64,000 nucleotides of DNA, taken from Nitrospirota bacterium. GTDB taxonomy: Bacteria > Nitrospirota > UBA9217. The DNA lies in assembly GCA_963790205.1 (NCBI GenBank), contig CAWBNQ010000001.1, positions 96,001 to 160,000 on the forward strand. The letters run 5' to 3'. The notes beneath the pieces are model-generated. The model worked only from the letters and a program-made list of their open reading frames with translations, was not told the DNA's origin and searched no databases. Below are positions 1-12,508 of the stretch, piece after piece. The stretch's first letter is position 1, and every line of letters starts with the position of its first letter. Position numbers and translations under genes: made by a program.

Positions 1-302
1 TGCCGCTTCCCCAGCTCGATCGCGGCCTTGATCTCCGCGATTTTGGCGGGGCCGATGCCCTTGACGCCATTCTTCCCGCGAATCTCGTTGATGCCTGCGC
101 GAGCAATGCCTTCCAGACTGCCGAACTTTTCGAGCAGTTCAATGCCCAGGTCCACCGCAGAGCGGCCCCCCCGGCCGTTCCGGATGATGATCGCAAGAAG
201 TTGCGCCTCGGAAAGGCCGTCGGCGCCGTACTTCAGCAGCCGTTCCCGCGGCCGCTCGTCCTCGGGCCAGTCCTTGACAGTCATCGTCTTGTTCTCAGAC
301 AT
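1..302 (-). CDS. radC: DNA repair protein RadC (JAB domain), N-terminal part, truncated by window edge
   Basis: Not in the ORF track. Manual translation from ATG at 302 gives MSENKTMTVKDWPEDERPRERLLKYGADGLSEAQLLAIIIRNG...KGIGPAK, the typical RadC N-terminus. Confidence 0.9.
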   Translation of the reverse strand, partial: MSENKTMTVKDWPEDERPRERLLKYGADGLSEAQLLAIIIRNGRGGRSAVDLGIELLEKFGSLEGIARAGINEIRGKNGVKGIGPAKIAEIKAAIELGKR

Positions 303-374
303 CGCCCCTCCCGTCCCTTAGGCTTTCAGGAGACACCGGGAAAGTATAGATTGTTGTTATATCCCTGTCAAACG

Positions 375-404
375 AAAAAGGCGGCCGAAAAATATCGGCC
401 GCCT
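375..404 (-). terminator. Intrinsic terminator after rubredoxin
   Basis: AGGCGGCCGA/TCGGCCGCCT stem followed by a T-run on the minus strand. Confidence 0.75.
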
Positions 405-426
405 GCATTACTCCTTGATAGCAGCG

Positions 427-555
427 CTACATCCTCACGAACGCGTCTTTCGGAGCATTGCACACCGGACAGGCCCAATCATCGGGAAGGTCTTCGAACT
501 TCGTTCCCTCCTTGGCCTCGTCGTACACATAACCGCATATCGTACATCGCCACAT
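427..555 (-). CDS. Rubredoxin (short, 42 aa)
   Basis: Manual translation [42 protein letters not shown]; CxxCG...LPDDWxCPxC signature; GAGGAG RBS; directly downstream of fprA. Confidence 0.95.
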   Translation of the reverse strand: MWRCTICGYVYDEAKEGTKFEDLPDDWACPVCNAPKDAFVRM

Positions 556-572
556 CAGCATCTCCTCTTCCG

Positions 573-668
573 AGAAATCACAAATCTCAAATTAATTCCA
601 ATCTAGAAATTCCAAACGTTTCGATCATGTCGCCCATTGAGATTTGGAGCTTGTTTGTGATTTGGTGC
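573..668. repeat. AT-rich imperfect palindrome with ~7-nt periodicity
   Basis: AAATCACAAATCTCAAA... versus ...GATTTGGAGCTTGTTTGTGATTTGG; similar to 4575-4700 and 10487-10582. Confidence 0.55.
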
Positions 669-673
669 TTTGT

Positions 674-1888
674 TTAGAACTTCTTGTGGTACTCGATAAC
701 CTTCTCGGCGAACTGTTTCCCATACTCAAAGCACTTCTTTTCGTCCTCCCGCCCGGGCCGGTACAGGACCTCCACACCCGGCTCCACGGCCTCGAGCCCC
801 ATCTGTTTGAACACGGCGTAGGCCTCCTTCACCGCGCCGCCGCCCCAGCCAAAGCTGCCGAAGGCCCCCACCATCCGGTCCTTCGGCCGAAGTCCCCGCA
901 AATACGTCAAAAACTCGGCGACCGTCGGAAACATGATGTTGTTCAGCGTGGGGGTGCCGAGGAGCATGGCCCGGGATTCCCAGAATCGCTTTGTCGCCGT
1001 GCTCATGGGGGTGGCCCGGAGCTTGATGACCTCCACGTCGACCCCCGCGGCCCTGATCCCTTCCATGAGGGGAATGGTCATATACTCCGTGCTGTGCCAC
1101 ATGGTATCGTAAATGATCACCACCCGGAGATCCGCCTTGCTGTTCGCCATGTCCAGATACATCTGGATGATCCTGGCTGGGTCCTTCCTCCAGATGACGC
1201 CGTGGTCCGGCGCTATCATGTCGATCTCCAGTCGCAACTTTTGGATCTCGGCGATCTTGGCCTTGATGAGCTGGCCAAAAGGCATCAGAATATTGGCGTA
1301 ATAATCCCGTATCGCATGGTCGAGCTCGACCGTCGAACATTGGTCGCAATACTCGTCGTCGAACCGGGCGGATGAGGCAAGGTGTTGGCCGAAGCCGTCC
1401 TGGCTGATGAGGAGCTTGTCCTCCTTCACGTAGCTCATCATGGAATCCGGCCAATGGAGCATCGGCGTTTCCAGGAACGTGATCGTTTTGGTACCCGTGC
1501 TGAGCGTATCGCCCGTTTTCACGATCCTGAATTTCCAGCGCGAGGTATCGAAGAAGCGGTCCAGGCCCTTCTTGCCGCGCTCGGTGATGTGGATGAGCGC
1601 ATGGGGCGTCAGTTCCATGACCTCCCCGAGGCTTGTGGCATGATCGTTCTCGATGTGATTGATGACGATGTTTTCTATCTTCGCGGGGTCCACGAGGCCC
1701 CTGATATTGTCGATGGTGTAATGGCAGAACTCATGCTTCACCGTGTCCACCAGCGTGACATGCCGGTCCAGGATGAGATAGTTATTGTACGTGGTCCCGT
1801 TCGGCGTGACGTATCCGTGAAAATCCCGGATCGCCCAGTCGATTGCCCCTACCCAGTAGATGTCGGGTTTGATCTCTACAGCCCCCAT
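674..1888 (-). CDS. fprA: Flavodiiron protein FprA (rubredoxin:oxygen/NO oxidoreductase type)
   Basis: HxExDH (NHIENDH), LHWPDSM and APDHG motifs, C-terminal flavodoxin domain (YDTMWHSTE, GSFGWGG). Confidence 0.93.
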   Translation of the reverse strand: MGAVEIKPDIYWVGAIDWAIRDFHGYVTPNGTTYNNYLILDRHVTLVDTVKHEFCHYTIDNIRGLVDPAKIENIVINHIENDHATSLGEVMELTPHALIHITERGKKGLDRFFDTSRWKFRIVKTGDTLSTGTKTITFLETPMLHWPDSMMSYVKEDKLLISQDGFGQHLASSARFDDEYCDQCSTVELDHAIRDYYANILMPFGQLIKAKIAEIQKLRLEIDMIAPDHGVIWRKDPARIIQMYLDMANSKADLRVVIIYDTMWHSTEYMTIPLMEGIRAAGVDVEVIKLRATPMSTATKRFWESRAMLLGTPTLNNIMFPTVAEFLTYLRGLRPKDRMVGAFGSFGWGGGAVKEAYAVFKQMGLEAVEPGVEVLYRPGREDEKKCFEYGKQFAEKVIEYHKKF

Positions 1889-1965
1889 AGCAGCCTCCTG
1901 TCCCTGAAAGCACGGTGCCTTGCCGATACTGATTGCAGATCATATGATCATATGGAGGAAGGGTT

Positions 1966-2391
1966 TCAGGGCGTTTTCCGCTTCTTCCTGCATGCGGGAC
2001 AGTGCCCGTAAAACTCCACGTGACTTCCGATGACCGTAAAGTCCCGGGCAACGCCTCTCGGCACGTCGACGGCGATCTCCCCGGGCATGTCCGCAATTTT
2101 CCTGCACGTAAGACAGATGAGATGATGGTGAAGGGTGGTATCGGGATCGTAGCGTTTCCTGTCGGGATCGATGGTCAGTTCCCGGACGGTCCCTGAGCGC
2201 GTCAGGGTCTTCAGCGTATTATATACGGTCGCGAACGACATAGAGCGATACTTTTTAGACACAGCCCGGTAGATTTCTTCCGCCGAGGGGTGTGCGGTAT
2301 TGCCGTCGAGATAGTCGAGGATCGCGAGGCGCTGCGGGGTCCGCTTGATTCCGATGCCGAGACTCTTTTTCTGAGAATTCTTTGCACGCAT
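1966..2391 (-). CDS. perR: Fur-family regulator, PerR-like
   Basis: TPQRLAIL, HPSAEEIY, SFATVYNTL, HHHLICLTC and CPAC motifs; upstream of fprA and rubredoxin. Confidence 0.8.
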   Translation of the reverse strand: MRAKNSQKKSLGIGIKRTPQRLAILDYLDGNTAHPSAEEIYRAVSKKYRSMSFATVYNTLKTLTRSGTVRELTIDPDRKRYDPDTTLHHHLICLTCRKIADMPGEIAVDVPRGVARDFTVIGSHVEFYGHCPACRKKRKTP

Positions 2392-2394
2392 ATA

Positions 2395-2430
2395 TTAGAA
2401 TTAATATAAGGTAAGAACACCACCCTGTCA
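2395..2430 (-). promoter_or_regulatory. Sigma70 promoter overlapped by a Per/Fur-like box
   Basis: Minus strand TTGACA-N17-TATATT; TTAGAATTAATATAA (2395-2409) is 2 mismatches from the Per box TTATAATNATTATAA. Confidence 0.65.
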
Positions 2431-2479
2431 AGGGATTTCCCTGCGCCCGGCCTGAACACGGCGTTCCTGCCCCGCAGCT

Positions 2480-2514
2480 AAAAAAAAGAGACAGGACCAG
2501 TCGGCCTGCCTCTT
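2480..2514 (-). terminator. Intrinsic terminator of the atp operon
   Basis: AAGAGGCAGG...CCTGTCTCTT stem plus T-tract on the minus strand, downstream of atpC. Confidence 0.7.
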
Positions 2515-2618
2515 GTGAATTCCGGAATGAGCGCATTCCCCGCGGATGCCGGTACGAACCTTCATTTGCTGCAGGGGCTTCAATATCGCTGCAAGGGAAT
2601 GGTGCGAGAACTGCGGTA

Positions 2619-3044
2619 TTATTTTTGCCCGTGTTGCTCCGCCACCTGGATCCGGATCATGGCCCTGAGCAGATCGATGCGCGCCTTCTCGTAGTCCTTC
2701 TGCTCAAGCTTCTCGCTCAGCGCCTTTTCAGCGCGCTCTTTGATGATCCGCTCTTCAGCGAGGTCGATATCGGACGCGCGGTCCGCGCCCTCCGCGAGTA
2801 TGGTGACATGGTCTGCGGCGACTTCCGCATACCCCCATTCAACGGCAAGGTAGTGCCACTGCGTGCCCTCGCGATAAGAGAGCAAGCCGACTTTAAGTGT
2901 GGTCAGGAAGGAAGTGTGGCCCGGCAGCACGCCGAACTCACCCTCGCTTCCCGGAGCAATCACCTCGTCCACGCGCTCCGAGCGGACGACCTGGCGGCTC
3001 GGCGCAACGATCTCGAGGAGCATTTTTCCTTTTTCAGCAACCAT
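2619..3044 (-). CDS. atpC: F1 ATP synthase epsilon subunit
   Basis: LEIVAP...GSEGEFGVLPGH motif; start taken at the second Met (MVAEKGK). Confidence 0.93.
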   Translation of the reverse strand: MVAEKGKMLLEIVAPSRQVVRSERVDEVIAPGSEGEFGVLPGHTSFLTTLKVGLLSYREGTQWHYLAVEWGYAEVAADHVTILAEGADRASDIDLAEERIIKERAEKALSEKLEQKDYEKARIDLLRAMIRIQVAEQHGQK

Positions 3045-3065
3045 TGTTTTTTTCCAATCCTCAGC

Positions 3066-3130
3066 GCTCATAGCTCTTTGCTCATGACTCGTAGCTCTTT
3101 GCTATCAACTATGAGCTGCCAGCTACAAGC
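3066..3130. repeat. Degenerate heptamer tandem repeat (GCTCATA/GCTCTTT type)
   Basis: gctcata gctcttt gctcatg actcgta gctcttt gctatca actatga gctgcca gctacaa. Confidence 0.65.
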
Positions 3131-3132
3131 GA

Positions 3133-4700
<1,568 letters not shown>

Positions 4701-4703
4701 TCT

Positions 4704-5570
4704 TTATTTCTGCGCTTCCGCCCCGCCCACGATCTCGGAGATTTCCTTGGTGATCGCAGCCTGGCGCTGTTTGTTGAACTTCAGCGTGAGCCGCTCGATC
4801 ATGTCCTTGGCATTCCGTGTGGCAGAATCCATAGCCGTCATCCGCGACCCCATCTCGCTCGCCTGGCTCTCGAGCATCGAGCGGTAGACTTGCACTTCGA
4901 TGTGCTTTGGCAGGATCGAACTCAGGATCGCCTCCGCTGACGGCTCGTAGAGATAATCGACAGCAGCCATGAACGGATCTGTCTCGGTGGGCGGCTCCAC
5001 GGGCAGGAGCTTCTCGAGAGTCACTTTCTGCTGCATCACGCTCTTGAACTCGTTGTAAAGCAGGTAGACCTCATCGGTCTCGCCCGCGGCAAAACGTTCA
5101 ACAATATTCTTGCCCACATCGGCGGCCTTCTCGTAGTCGATCATGCCGAGTTCCGACCACACTTTGCCTAAGGTATACCCGGGGCGTTTGCGGAAAAAAT
5201 CGCGGCCTTTTCGTCCCACGACATTCACCTTCACATCCTTGCCCTCGGCCTTGAACTGCTTGACGGCCTCGACGGCCTTGCGCAGGATATTGGTATTGTA
5301 CGCGCCGCATAGTCCGCGGTCCGAGGTCAGTACGAGAAGTTTCACCTTCCTGGGCTCTCGCTTGGCCAGAAGCGGATGCTGCGCCCGCTCCACGCGGCCC
5401 GCGAGGTTCGCAATCACCGCGAGCATCTTCCGAGAGTACGGCCGCGCCGCGATCACGCGTTCCTGGGCGCGCCGAAGCTTTGCCGCCGCCACCATCTTCA
5501 TGGCCTTGGTGATCTGCTGGGTCTTCTTGACGCTCGTGATCTTTCTTTTAATGTCTCTTAAGCTGGGCAT
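4704..5570 (-). CDS. atpG: F1 ATP synthase gamma subunit
   Basis: QITKAMKMVAAAK, SDRGLCGAYN, RQAAITKEISEIVGGA. Confidence 0.99.
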   Translation of the reverse strand: MPSLRDIKRKITSVKKTQQITKAMKMVAAAKLRRAQERVIAARPYSRKMLAVIANLAGRVERAQHPLLAKREPRKVKLLVLTSDRGLCGAYNTNILRKAVEAVKQFKAEGKDVKVNVVGRKGRDFFRKRPGYTLGKVWSELGMIDYEKAADVGKNIVERFAAGETDEVYLLYNEFKSVMQQKVTLEKLLPVEPPTETDPFMAAVDYLYEPSAEAILSSILPKHIEVQVYRSMLESQASEMGSRMTAMDSATRNAKDMIERLTLKFNKQRQAAITKEISEIVGGAEAQK

Positions 5571-5707
5571 TCTTCTGTCCTTCGTTCAGCGATCTTCAGA
5601 CTTGCCCCATGCATCTGCGGCAAGCGGGCGGAACCTGTTTCATTCCGCATTCCGTTTATACCCGCGCTTTCGCAAGAGCAGGGTACATTCCGCGTTCCGC
5701 ATTGGTT

Positions 5708-7228
<1,521 letters not shown>

Positions 7229-7308
7229 TCACCCGTGAAACGTTATTTCAAAGATTGAAAATGGCATAGCAATGGCCGGAGGGCCGGCGTTCCCGTCCCT
7301 GTTAATTT

Positions 7309-7848
7309 TCAGCTCTCAGCCAGTTTATCGCGCATCTTTGCGAGCTGGTTTTTGATTGTTCCGTCATAGATGACGCTTCCGATCCGCGCCTTCGCCCCGC
7401 CGATCATCGCGGCGTCCACCTTCGAGTCGATGTCCACCTGCTTGCCGGTAAGCGTCTCGAGCTTTTTCTTGATGTCCGCCAGCTCGCCCGCATTGATGGC
7501 GGCCGCCGTGGTCAATTGGACCGTGGCCCTGTTCTGGCGCTCGGACAGGAGGGCCAGGAAAGCCTCATATACGTCGTTGAGGTATCTGATCCTGCCCGTC
7601 TCCGCCAGGTGCTCCACGAACCGCTGCGTCGCCGCTTGCAGGTTCAGCTTCCCGGACAGCTCCCTGATAACCGCTATCTTGTTCTCGGGCGTAAAGACCG
7701 GGCTGGCAAAGAGCTTCTGCATGGCCGGCTGGGAATCCACGGCCCCGACAAATGCGGCGAGGTCCGCCTTGGTCTTCTCAACGCTCTTCTTCTCCTCGCT
7801 CAGTTCAACGAGGGCCTTTGCGTATCTCTTTGCGATGATCCTGATCAA
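7309..7848 (-). CDS. atpH: ATP synthase delta subunit
   Basis: AKRYAKAL...IGG..RIGSVIYDGTIKNQL; operon position. Confidence 0.95.
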   Translation of the reverse strand: MIRIIAKRYAKALVELSEEKKSVEKTKADLAAFVGAVDSQPAMQKLFASPVFTPENKIAVIRELSGKLNLQAATQRFVEHLAETGRIRYLNDVYEAFLALLSERQNRATVQLTTAAAINAGELADIKKKLETLTGKQVDIDSKVDAAMIGGAKARIGSVIYDGTIKNQLAKMRDKLAES

Positions 7849-8432
7849 CCCTTGCCTCCCACCTTGGCGATATATTCCTTGACAATGCGTTCATGGTCCT
7901 GACTGTTGATCTTGTCTTTGATTTTGCCTTCGGCCAGGTCAACGGAAAGGATTGCCGCCTCAACTGCCAGCACCGTTTTTGCCTTTTGCAGTTCGACGTC
8001 GATCCCCTGTTTCACCTGGGTAGCGACGTCCGCCACCACTTTTTTGGCATCTGCGATCAGGGCCTGACGGTCCTTCTCGCCGCGGGACCGGGCCTCATCA
8101 ACCATTTTACCTGCTTCTGCCTCGAGGTCCTTGATCTTCCGTTCCATCTCCGCAAGAGCCGCCACGGCCCGCTCGCGGGCTTCTTTGGATTCCTGGATGG
8201 CCTTCGCAATATCCGCGGAGCGGTTCTTGAAAAAATCGCGGACCGGCTTTCGCATGAAATAAATAATGACCCCCGCTATGATGGCGAAATTGACCAGCCG
8301 CGGCAGCCAGTCTCCCATAAAGGTCATCGGCTCCGCATGGCCTGCCTCTTCCGCCAGGGCCGCCGTGCTTGCCAATATCATCGCCAGTGAATAAATACCG
8401 GGCATGATTCTTTTCATCACCGTGCTCCCCAC
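7845..8432 (-). CDS. atpF: Fo subunit b (start uncertain)
   Basis: RLVNFAII transmembrane segment plus coiled coil; position before atpH. Confidence 0.9.
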   Translation of the reverse strand: MGSTVMKRIMPGIYSLAMILASTAALAEEAGHAEPMTFMGDWLPRLVNFAIIAGVIIYFMRKPVRDFFKNRSADIAKAIQESKEARERAVAALAEMERKIKDLEAEAGKMVDEARSRGEKDRQALIADAKKVVADVATQVKQGIDVELQKAKTVLAVEAAILSVDLAEGKIKDKINSQDHERIVKEYIAKVGGKG

Positions 8433-8433
8433 C

Positions 8434-8859
8434 CTACACCGCCCTTCCGAGCAGTTTGGAGGTAATATCCTGCGATAGCCGCTCTGCTTCTTTCTTAAGA
8501 TCGGCCCTGGCCGAGTTCGCCGCCGCCGCGATCTCCATCCGCGCCTTGTCCAGCATCTCGCCGGCCTTGGTACGCTCGGCGGAGATCATGTCCCGCTGGG
8601 CATCGAGGCCCTGCTGGTAAATCGCGTTATAAGCGGAAGCAGCCTTCTGTTTGGATTCGGCGAGCGAGGTATTGTAGTGTTCCAGCAGGCTCTGCATGCG
8701 ATTCTGCGCGGCCTTGGCATCTTCAAGCGCGGAGCTGATACCCTGCTCGCGCTCCCGCATGATTTGCAGGATAGGCTTGAAGAGAATGAAATTGAGCGCA
8801 ATAAGCAATACGATGAAGTTGATGAGCTGGTAAAGAAGTGAGATGTTAATGTCTATCAT
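8434..8859 (-). CDS. Fo subunit b'
   Basis: QLINFIVLLIALNFILFKP transmembrane segment plus coiled coil; first gene of the operon. Confidence 0.88.
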   Translation of the reverse strand: MIDINISLLYQLINFIVLLIALNFILFKPILQIMREREQGISSALEDAKAAQNRMQSLLEHYNTSLAESKQKAASAYNAIYQQGLDAQRDMISAERTKAGEMLDKARMEIAAAANSARADLKKEAERLSQDITSKLLGRAV

Positions 8860-8919
8860 TGTGAATCGCCTCTTTTGCGGTCGAAGAGAAACCTCTGTTT
8901 GCTGTTCGAGAGTTTAAAA

Positions 8920-8948
8920 AAACTATCACAACGTAAAAACATTGTCAA
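8920..8948 (-). promoter_or_regulatory. Sigma70 promoter of the atp operon
   Basis: TTGACA-N17-TAGTTT with an extended TG on the minus strand. Confidence 0.55.
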
Positions 8949-9054
8949 GATTTTTACCTATAAATAATATAAATGGCCGCAAAGTTTTTGATTATAGAAA
9001 AATGAGGCGAAAAATCAGGCTGCGGGAACGGGCCGGCGGGCGGGCCGCAGCCTG

Positions 9055-10473
9055 TTACTTCTGCTTGTTCCGGGTCAGGTATCCATGCATGGCCTTCGCC
9101 GCTTTTCTACCGGCGCCCATGGCGGAGATGACCGTGGCCGATCCGGTCACGATGTCGCCGCCGGCATAGACCCCGTCCCTGCTCGTGCGGCCTGTTGCCT
9201 CGTCGGCGACGATATATTTCTTTTTATTGACCGACAGGTCCCTGGTGCTCTGGGGAATGAGCGGATTGGCGCCGGTGCCGACGGCCATGATCACGATATC
9301 AACGGGGACACGGAATTCCGAACCGGAGACCGGCTTCGGCGATTTCCTGCCCGAGGCGTCGAGTTCGCAGAGGTCCATCCGTACGCACTCGATGGCGGTC
9401 ACCGCTCCCTGTTCTCCCATGATCCGCACGGGATTGGCGCAAAGCTCGAAACGGATCCCCTCTTCCTGGGCGTGGTGCACCTCTTCCTTCCGGGCCGGCA
9501 GTTCCGCGAGGGAGCGGCGGTAGATCATGACCACGTCTTTTGCGCCGAGCCTGAGCGCGGTCCGCGCCGAATCCATGGCCACGTTGCCGCCGCCCACCAC
9601 GGCCACGCGGTCTCCCCGCTTGACCGGCGTATCGTATTCAGGGAACCGGTAGGCCCGCATGAGGTTGATCCTGGTCAGAAATTCGTTCGACGAGTAGACG
9701 CCGTTCAGGTTCTCGCCCTCGATGCCCATGAACCGCGGAAGTCCCGCCCCGCTCCCGATGTAGCAGGCGTCGAACTCGTCCATGAGTTCATCGATACTGA
9801 CGAGCTTGCCCACCACGGCATTGGTGCGGATCCGGACGCCCATGCGGTCCAGGGCCTCGATCTCGCGGGCAACGACTGCCTTGGGAAGGCGAAATTCAGG
9901 AATGCCGTAAATGAGCACGCCGCCCGGCTCGTGGAGCGCCTCGAAGATGGTGACGGCATGGCCCTGCCGCGCAAGATCGTAGGCGCAGGTGAGGCCCGAA
10001 GGGCCGCTCCCCACGACAGCGACCTTCCTGCCCGTCGACGGCGCCATGACCGGCGTCTTTGTCCCGTTGTTCTTCATCTCCTGGTCCGCGACGAACCGTT
10101 CGAGCCTGCCGATGCCCACGGGGTCCATTTTCTTCGCAAGGGTGCAGAACTTTTCGCACTGGTTTTCCTGCGGACAGACCCTGCCGCAGACCGCGGGCAT
10201 GAGGTTCGCCTCTTTGACGATCTCGATGGCGCCGGCAAGGTCGCCTTCCCGGACAGCCTTTATGAAACGCGGGATAGGAACGCTCACCGGGCAGCCGGTG
10301 ACGCATTTCGGGTCTTTGCACTGGAGGCACCGCGCAGCCTCCTGCTGCGCCAGCTCCGGCGTGTAGCCCAAGGCGACCTCCCCGAAGTTGGTCTTTCTGA
10401 CGAGGGGGTCCTGCTCGGGAATCGGCGTTTTCTTGGGCGAGAGTTTCTTTGGTTTTTTGTTTTCAGGTTCCAT
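9055..10473 (-). CDS. nfnB: NADH-dependent reduced ferredoxin:NADP+ oxidoreductase large subunit (GltD/SudA-like)
   Basis: RCLQC..PKCVTGCPV, CGRVCPQENQCE, two Rossmann motifs; paired with an NfnA-like gene and no gltB. Confidence 0.88.
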   Translation of the reverse strand: MEPENKKPKKLSPKKTPIPEQDPLVRKTNFGEVALGYTPELAQQEAARCLQCKDPKCVTGCPVSVPIPRFIKAVREGDLAGAIEIVKEANLMPAVCGRVCPQENQCEKFCTLAKKMDPVGIGRLERFVADQEMKNNGTKTPVMAPSTGRKVAVVGSGPSGLTCAYDLARQGHAVTIFEALHEPGGVLIYGIPEFRLPKAVVAREIEALDRMGVRIRTNAVVGKLVSIDELMDEFDACYIGSGAGLPRFMGIEGENLNGVYSSNEFLTRINLMRAYRFPEYDTPVKRGDRVAVVGGGNVAMDSARTALRLGAKDVVMIYRRSLAELPARKEEVHHAQEEGIRFELCANPVRIMGEQGAVTAIECVRMDLCELDASGRKSPKPVSGSEFRVPVDIVIMAVGTGANPLIPQSTRDLSVNKKKYIVADEATGRTSRDGVYAGGDIVTGSATVISAMGAGRKAAKAMHGYLTRNKQK

Positions 10474-10486
10474 CTTTAATCGTCTT

Positions 10487-10582
10487 AAATTCGAAATCCG
10501 AATCTCGAAATCCTGAATAATAGCGAATCAACAAAAAGATAAATTTGGATTTTCAATTTTGATATTATTCCGGGTTTAGGAT
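10487..10582. repeat. AT-rich heptamer/imperfect palindrome element
   Basis: AAATTCGAAATCCGAATCTCGAAATCC...GATATTATTCCGGGTTTAGGATT. Confidence 0.5.
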
Positions 10583-10632
10583 TTTTTTTCCAGCGATGTC
10601 TTCGGGTCTCCGTGTCGATTCCGCCGGCACTG

Positions 10633-11481
10633 CTACTCCCTTATCACCCCTGCATGACGCTTGCGCCAGGACTCGAATGATTCCTTCTGCTCAGGGACAT
10701 ATTTTTTCTGGCGGTTCATAAGCAGGTCCCAGTCCACCCGGTGGCCGTCGAACTCCGGCCCGTCAATGCAGGCGAACAGGGTCTCGCCGCCCACGGTCAC
10801 GCGGCAGCCTCCGCACATCCCTGTGCCGTCTACCATGATCGGGTTAAGGCTCACGATGGTTTTGACCCCGAAGGGTCTTGTCGTCTCGGACACGCCCTTC
10901 ATCATGATCGCGGGCCCCACGGTCAGGACGAGACCGGCCCCCCCGTTCTGCTCAAGCTCGCCCCGGAGGGCGGAAGTCACCAGGCCTTTCATCCCCCTGC
11001 TTCCGTCGTCGGTCGTTACGATGACGCGATCGCAGAGCTCTTCCATTTCCCGCTCATAGATCAAAAGGTCCCTGGATCGCGCGCCCATGATGCAGACCGT
11101 CTCGCAGCCCGCAGCCTTGAACGCGCGCGCGATCGGATAGAGGGGCGCAACGCCAAAGCCACCGCCTACGAGAACGACCTTGCCCGCCTCTTCCACGTGC
11201 GTGGGGTTCCCGAGGGGACCACAGAGATCGAGCACCTTGTCTCCGGTCTTGAGAAGCGACATCTCGGTCGTGGTCTTGCCCACCGCCATGACGATCAGGC
11301 TGATGGTCCCTTCTCCGGGATCGATGTCGGCAAGCGAGAGGGGAATCCGCTCACCGTTCTCATGGAGCCTGATGATGACGAACTGGCCCGGCGCCGCTTT
11401 TTTAGAGATGAGCGGCGCGGCGAGCTTATAATAAAACACATCGGGCTGCCGGAGCAATTTTTTTTCGAGTATCGTGGCCAT
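10633..11481 (-). CDS. nfnA: Nfn small subunit (SudB/PyrK-like, [2Fe-2S])
   Basis: PGQFVIIR, GPLGNP, MVDGTGMCGGCRV...ACIDGPEFD. Confidence 0.9.
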   Translation of the reverse strand: MATILEKKLLRQPDVFYYKLAAPLISKKAAPGQFVIIRLHENGERIPLSLADIDPGEGTISLIVMAVGKTTTEMSLLKTGDKVLDLCGPLGNPTHVEEAGKVVLVGGGFGVAPLYPIARAFKAAGCETVCIMGARSRDLLIYEREMEELCDRVIVTTDDGSRGMKGLVTSALRGELEQNGGAGLVLTVGPAIMMKGVSETTRPFGVKTIVSLNPIMVDGTGMCGGCRVTVGGETLFACIDGPEFDGHRVDWDLLMNRQKKYVPEQKESFESWRKRHAGVIRE

Positions 11482-11878
11482 TGTTATGAATGAGGGCAGG
11501 AACCCTGCCGAACGCATCCCCAGGATCTGACCGCATAGTGTATCATTTTTAGGAATTCTTCTCCACTATTTTTTATCGGTTGTGCGATATCATTTTTTGC
11601 TCTGCAATAGCAAAATTATCGACCGGAAATGAAGAGTTCGCCGCCCGCAAACATGCGGCGGCAGGGCGGAATCATGAAGGCAGGAGATTTGTGCGGAGCA
11701 ATTAGTTTCAGCAACGAAACAATTCGAGACGCGCTTGACGTGGCATGCAGCGATTTCATCCCATCGCTATGGTTGTCAACCGCTTTGCACTAAATGCATC
11801 AGCGATATGGACAAAAAAGTGGACACCCGGTTAAGTTTCATTCTTGCGCTTCATAATCCTTTCGTTTGATCGGACTAC

Positions 11879-11896
11879 ATGTGACTTAAATCACAT
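11879..11896 (+). promoter_or_regulatory. Crp/Fnr-family binding site
   Basis: ATGTGA-CTTAAA-TCACAT is a perfect TGTGA-N6-TCACA, ~30 bp upstream of a TATATT -10. Confidence 0.65.
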
Positions 11897-11952
11897 AAAA
11901 TATCTACGCTTTATTATATATTATATTAAGAGATTTCTGGGGGGGGGGGTCC

Positions 11953-12339
11953 GTGGTGTTATTCAAGGGTCTTAGAAAATATCTAACAGCGTTTTTTCTC
12001 GTCATGTTCTACGCTTCTGTTTCTCTCGCTACAACGAGTAACCTGAGCTTGTGGTCTGATACTATTGATCAGACGATACATCCAACAATAAAAACATCTG
12101 GCAACAGCGAGTGTTTCACCGGGAATTTCACAAACTTCAGGAACGTGGCCATCGTTCTAGAAGGCAAGGATATGTCTGTCGGCTCGATGAACGAATGCTT
12201 TGAAGAGGCTCCTGCAATTACACTGCAAAAAGATGGTGATAAGACTATATGGAGTCTTGTTCCATCGCTTAGCAGGTTCAGTCTCAATCCGATAGACGAT
12301 ATCAAGAATCTCCAAGTAATGTTGCAGTACAGGTTCTAG
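11953..12339 (+). CDS. Hypothetical exported protein (low GC)
   Basis: Signal-peptide-like N-terminus, C-terminal YRF; preceded by a Crp box and a G11 tract. Confidence 0.55.
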   Translation: MVLFKGLRKYLTAFFLVMFYASVSLATTSNLSLWSDTIDQTIHPTIKTSGNSECFTGNFTNFRNVAIVLEGKDMSVGSMNECFEEAPAITLQKDGDKTIWSLVPSLSRFSLNPIDDIKNLQVMLQYRF

Positions 12340-12508
12340 TCAGATAAGCATCTCATCAATTTCTCTTTTTCGAATTACGCGCGACCTACAAGACGTTGTT
12401 GGAGACCCATATATAACGTTGATGCATTTAGAGCCCATAAAGTCATCTCGACCTTAACCCTTCCGCCCTCTCAACTGCACGATTTGTCCATTACGTACCT
12501 TTGAAGAA

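Noticed and set aside
9055..10473. Glutamate synthase small subunit gltD
   Set aside because: No gltB is adjacent and the partner gene is NfnA-like
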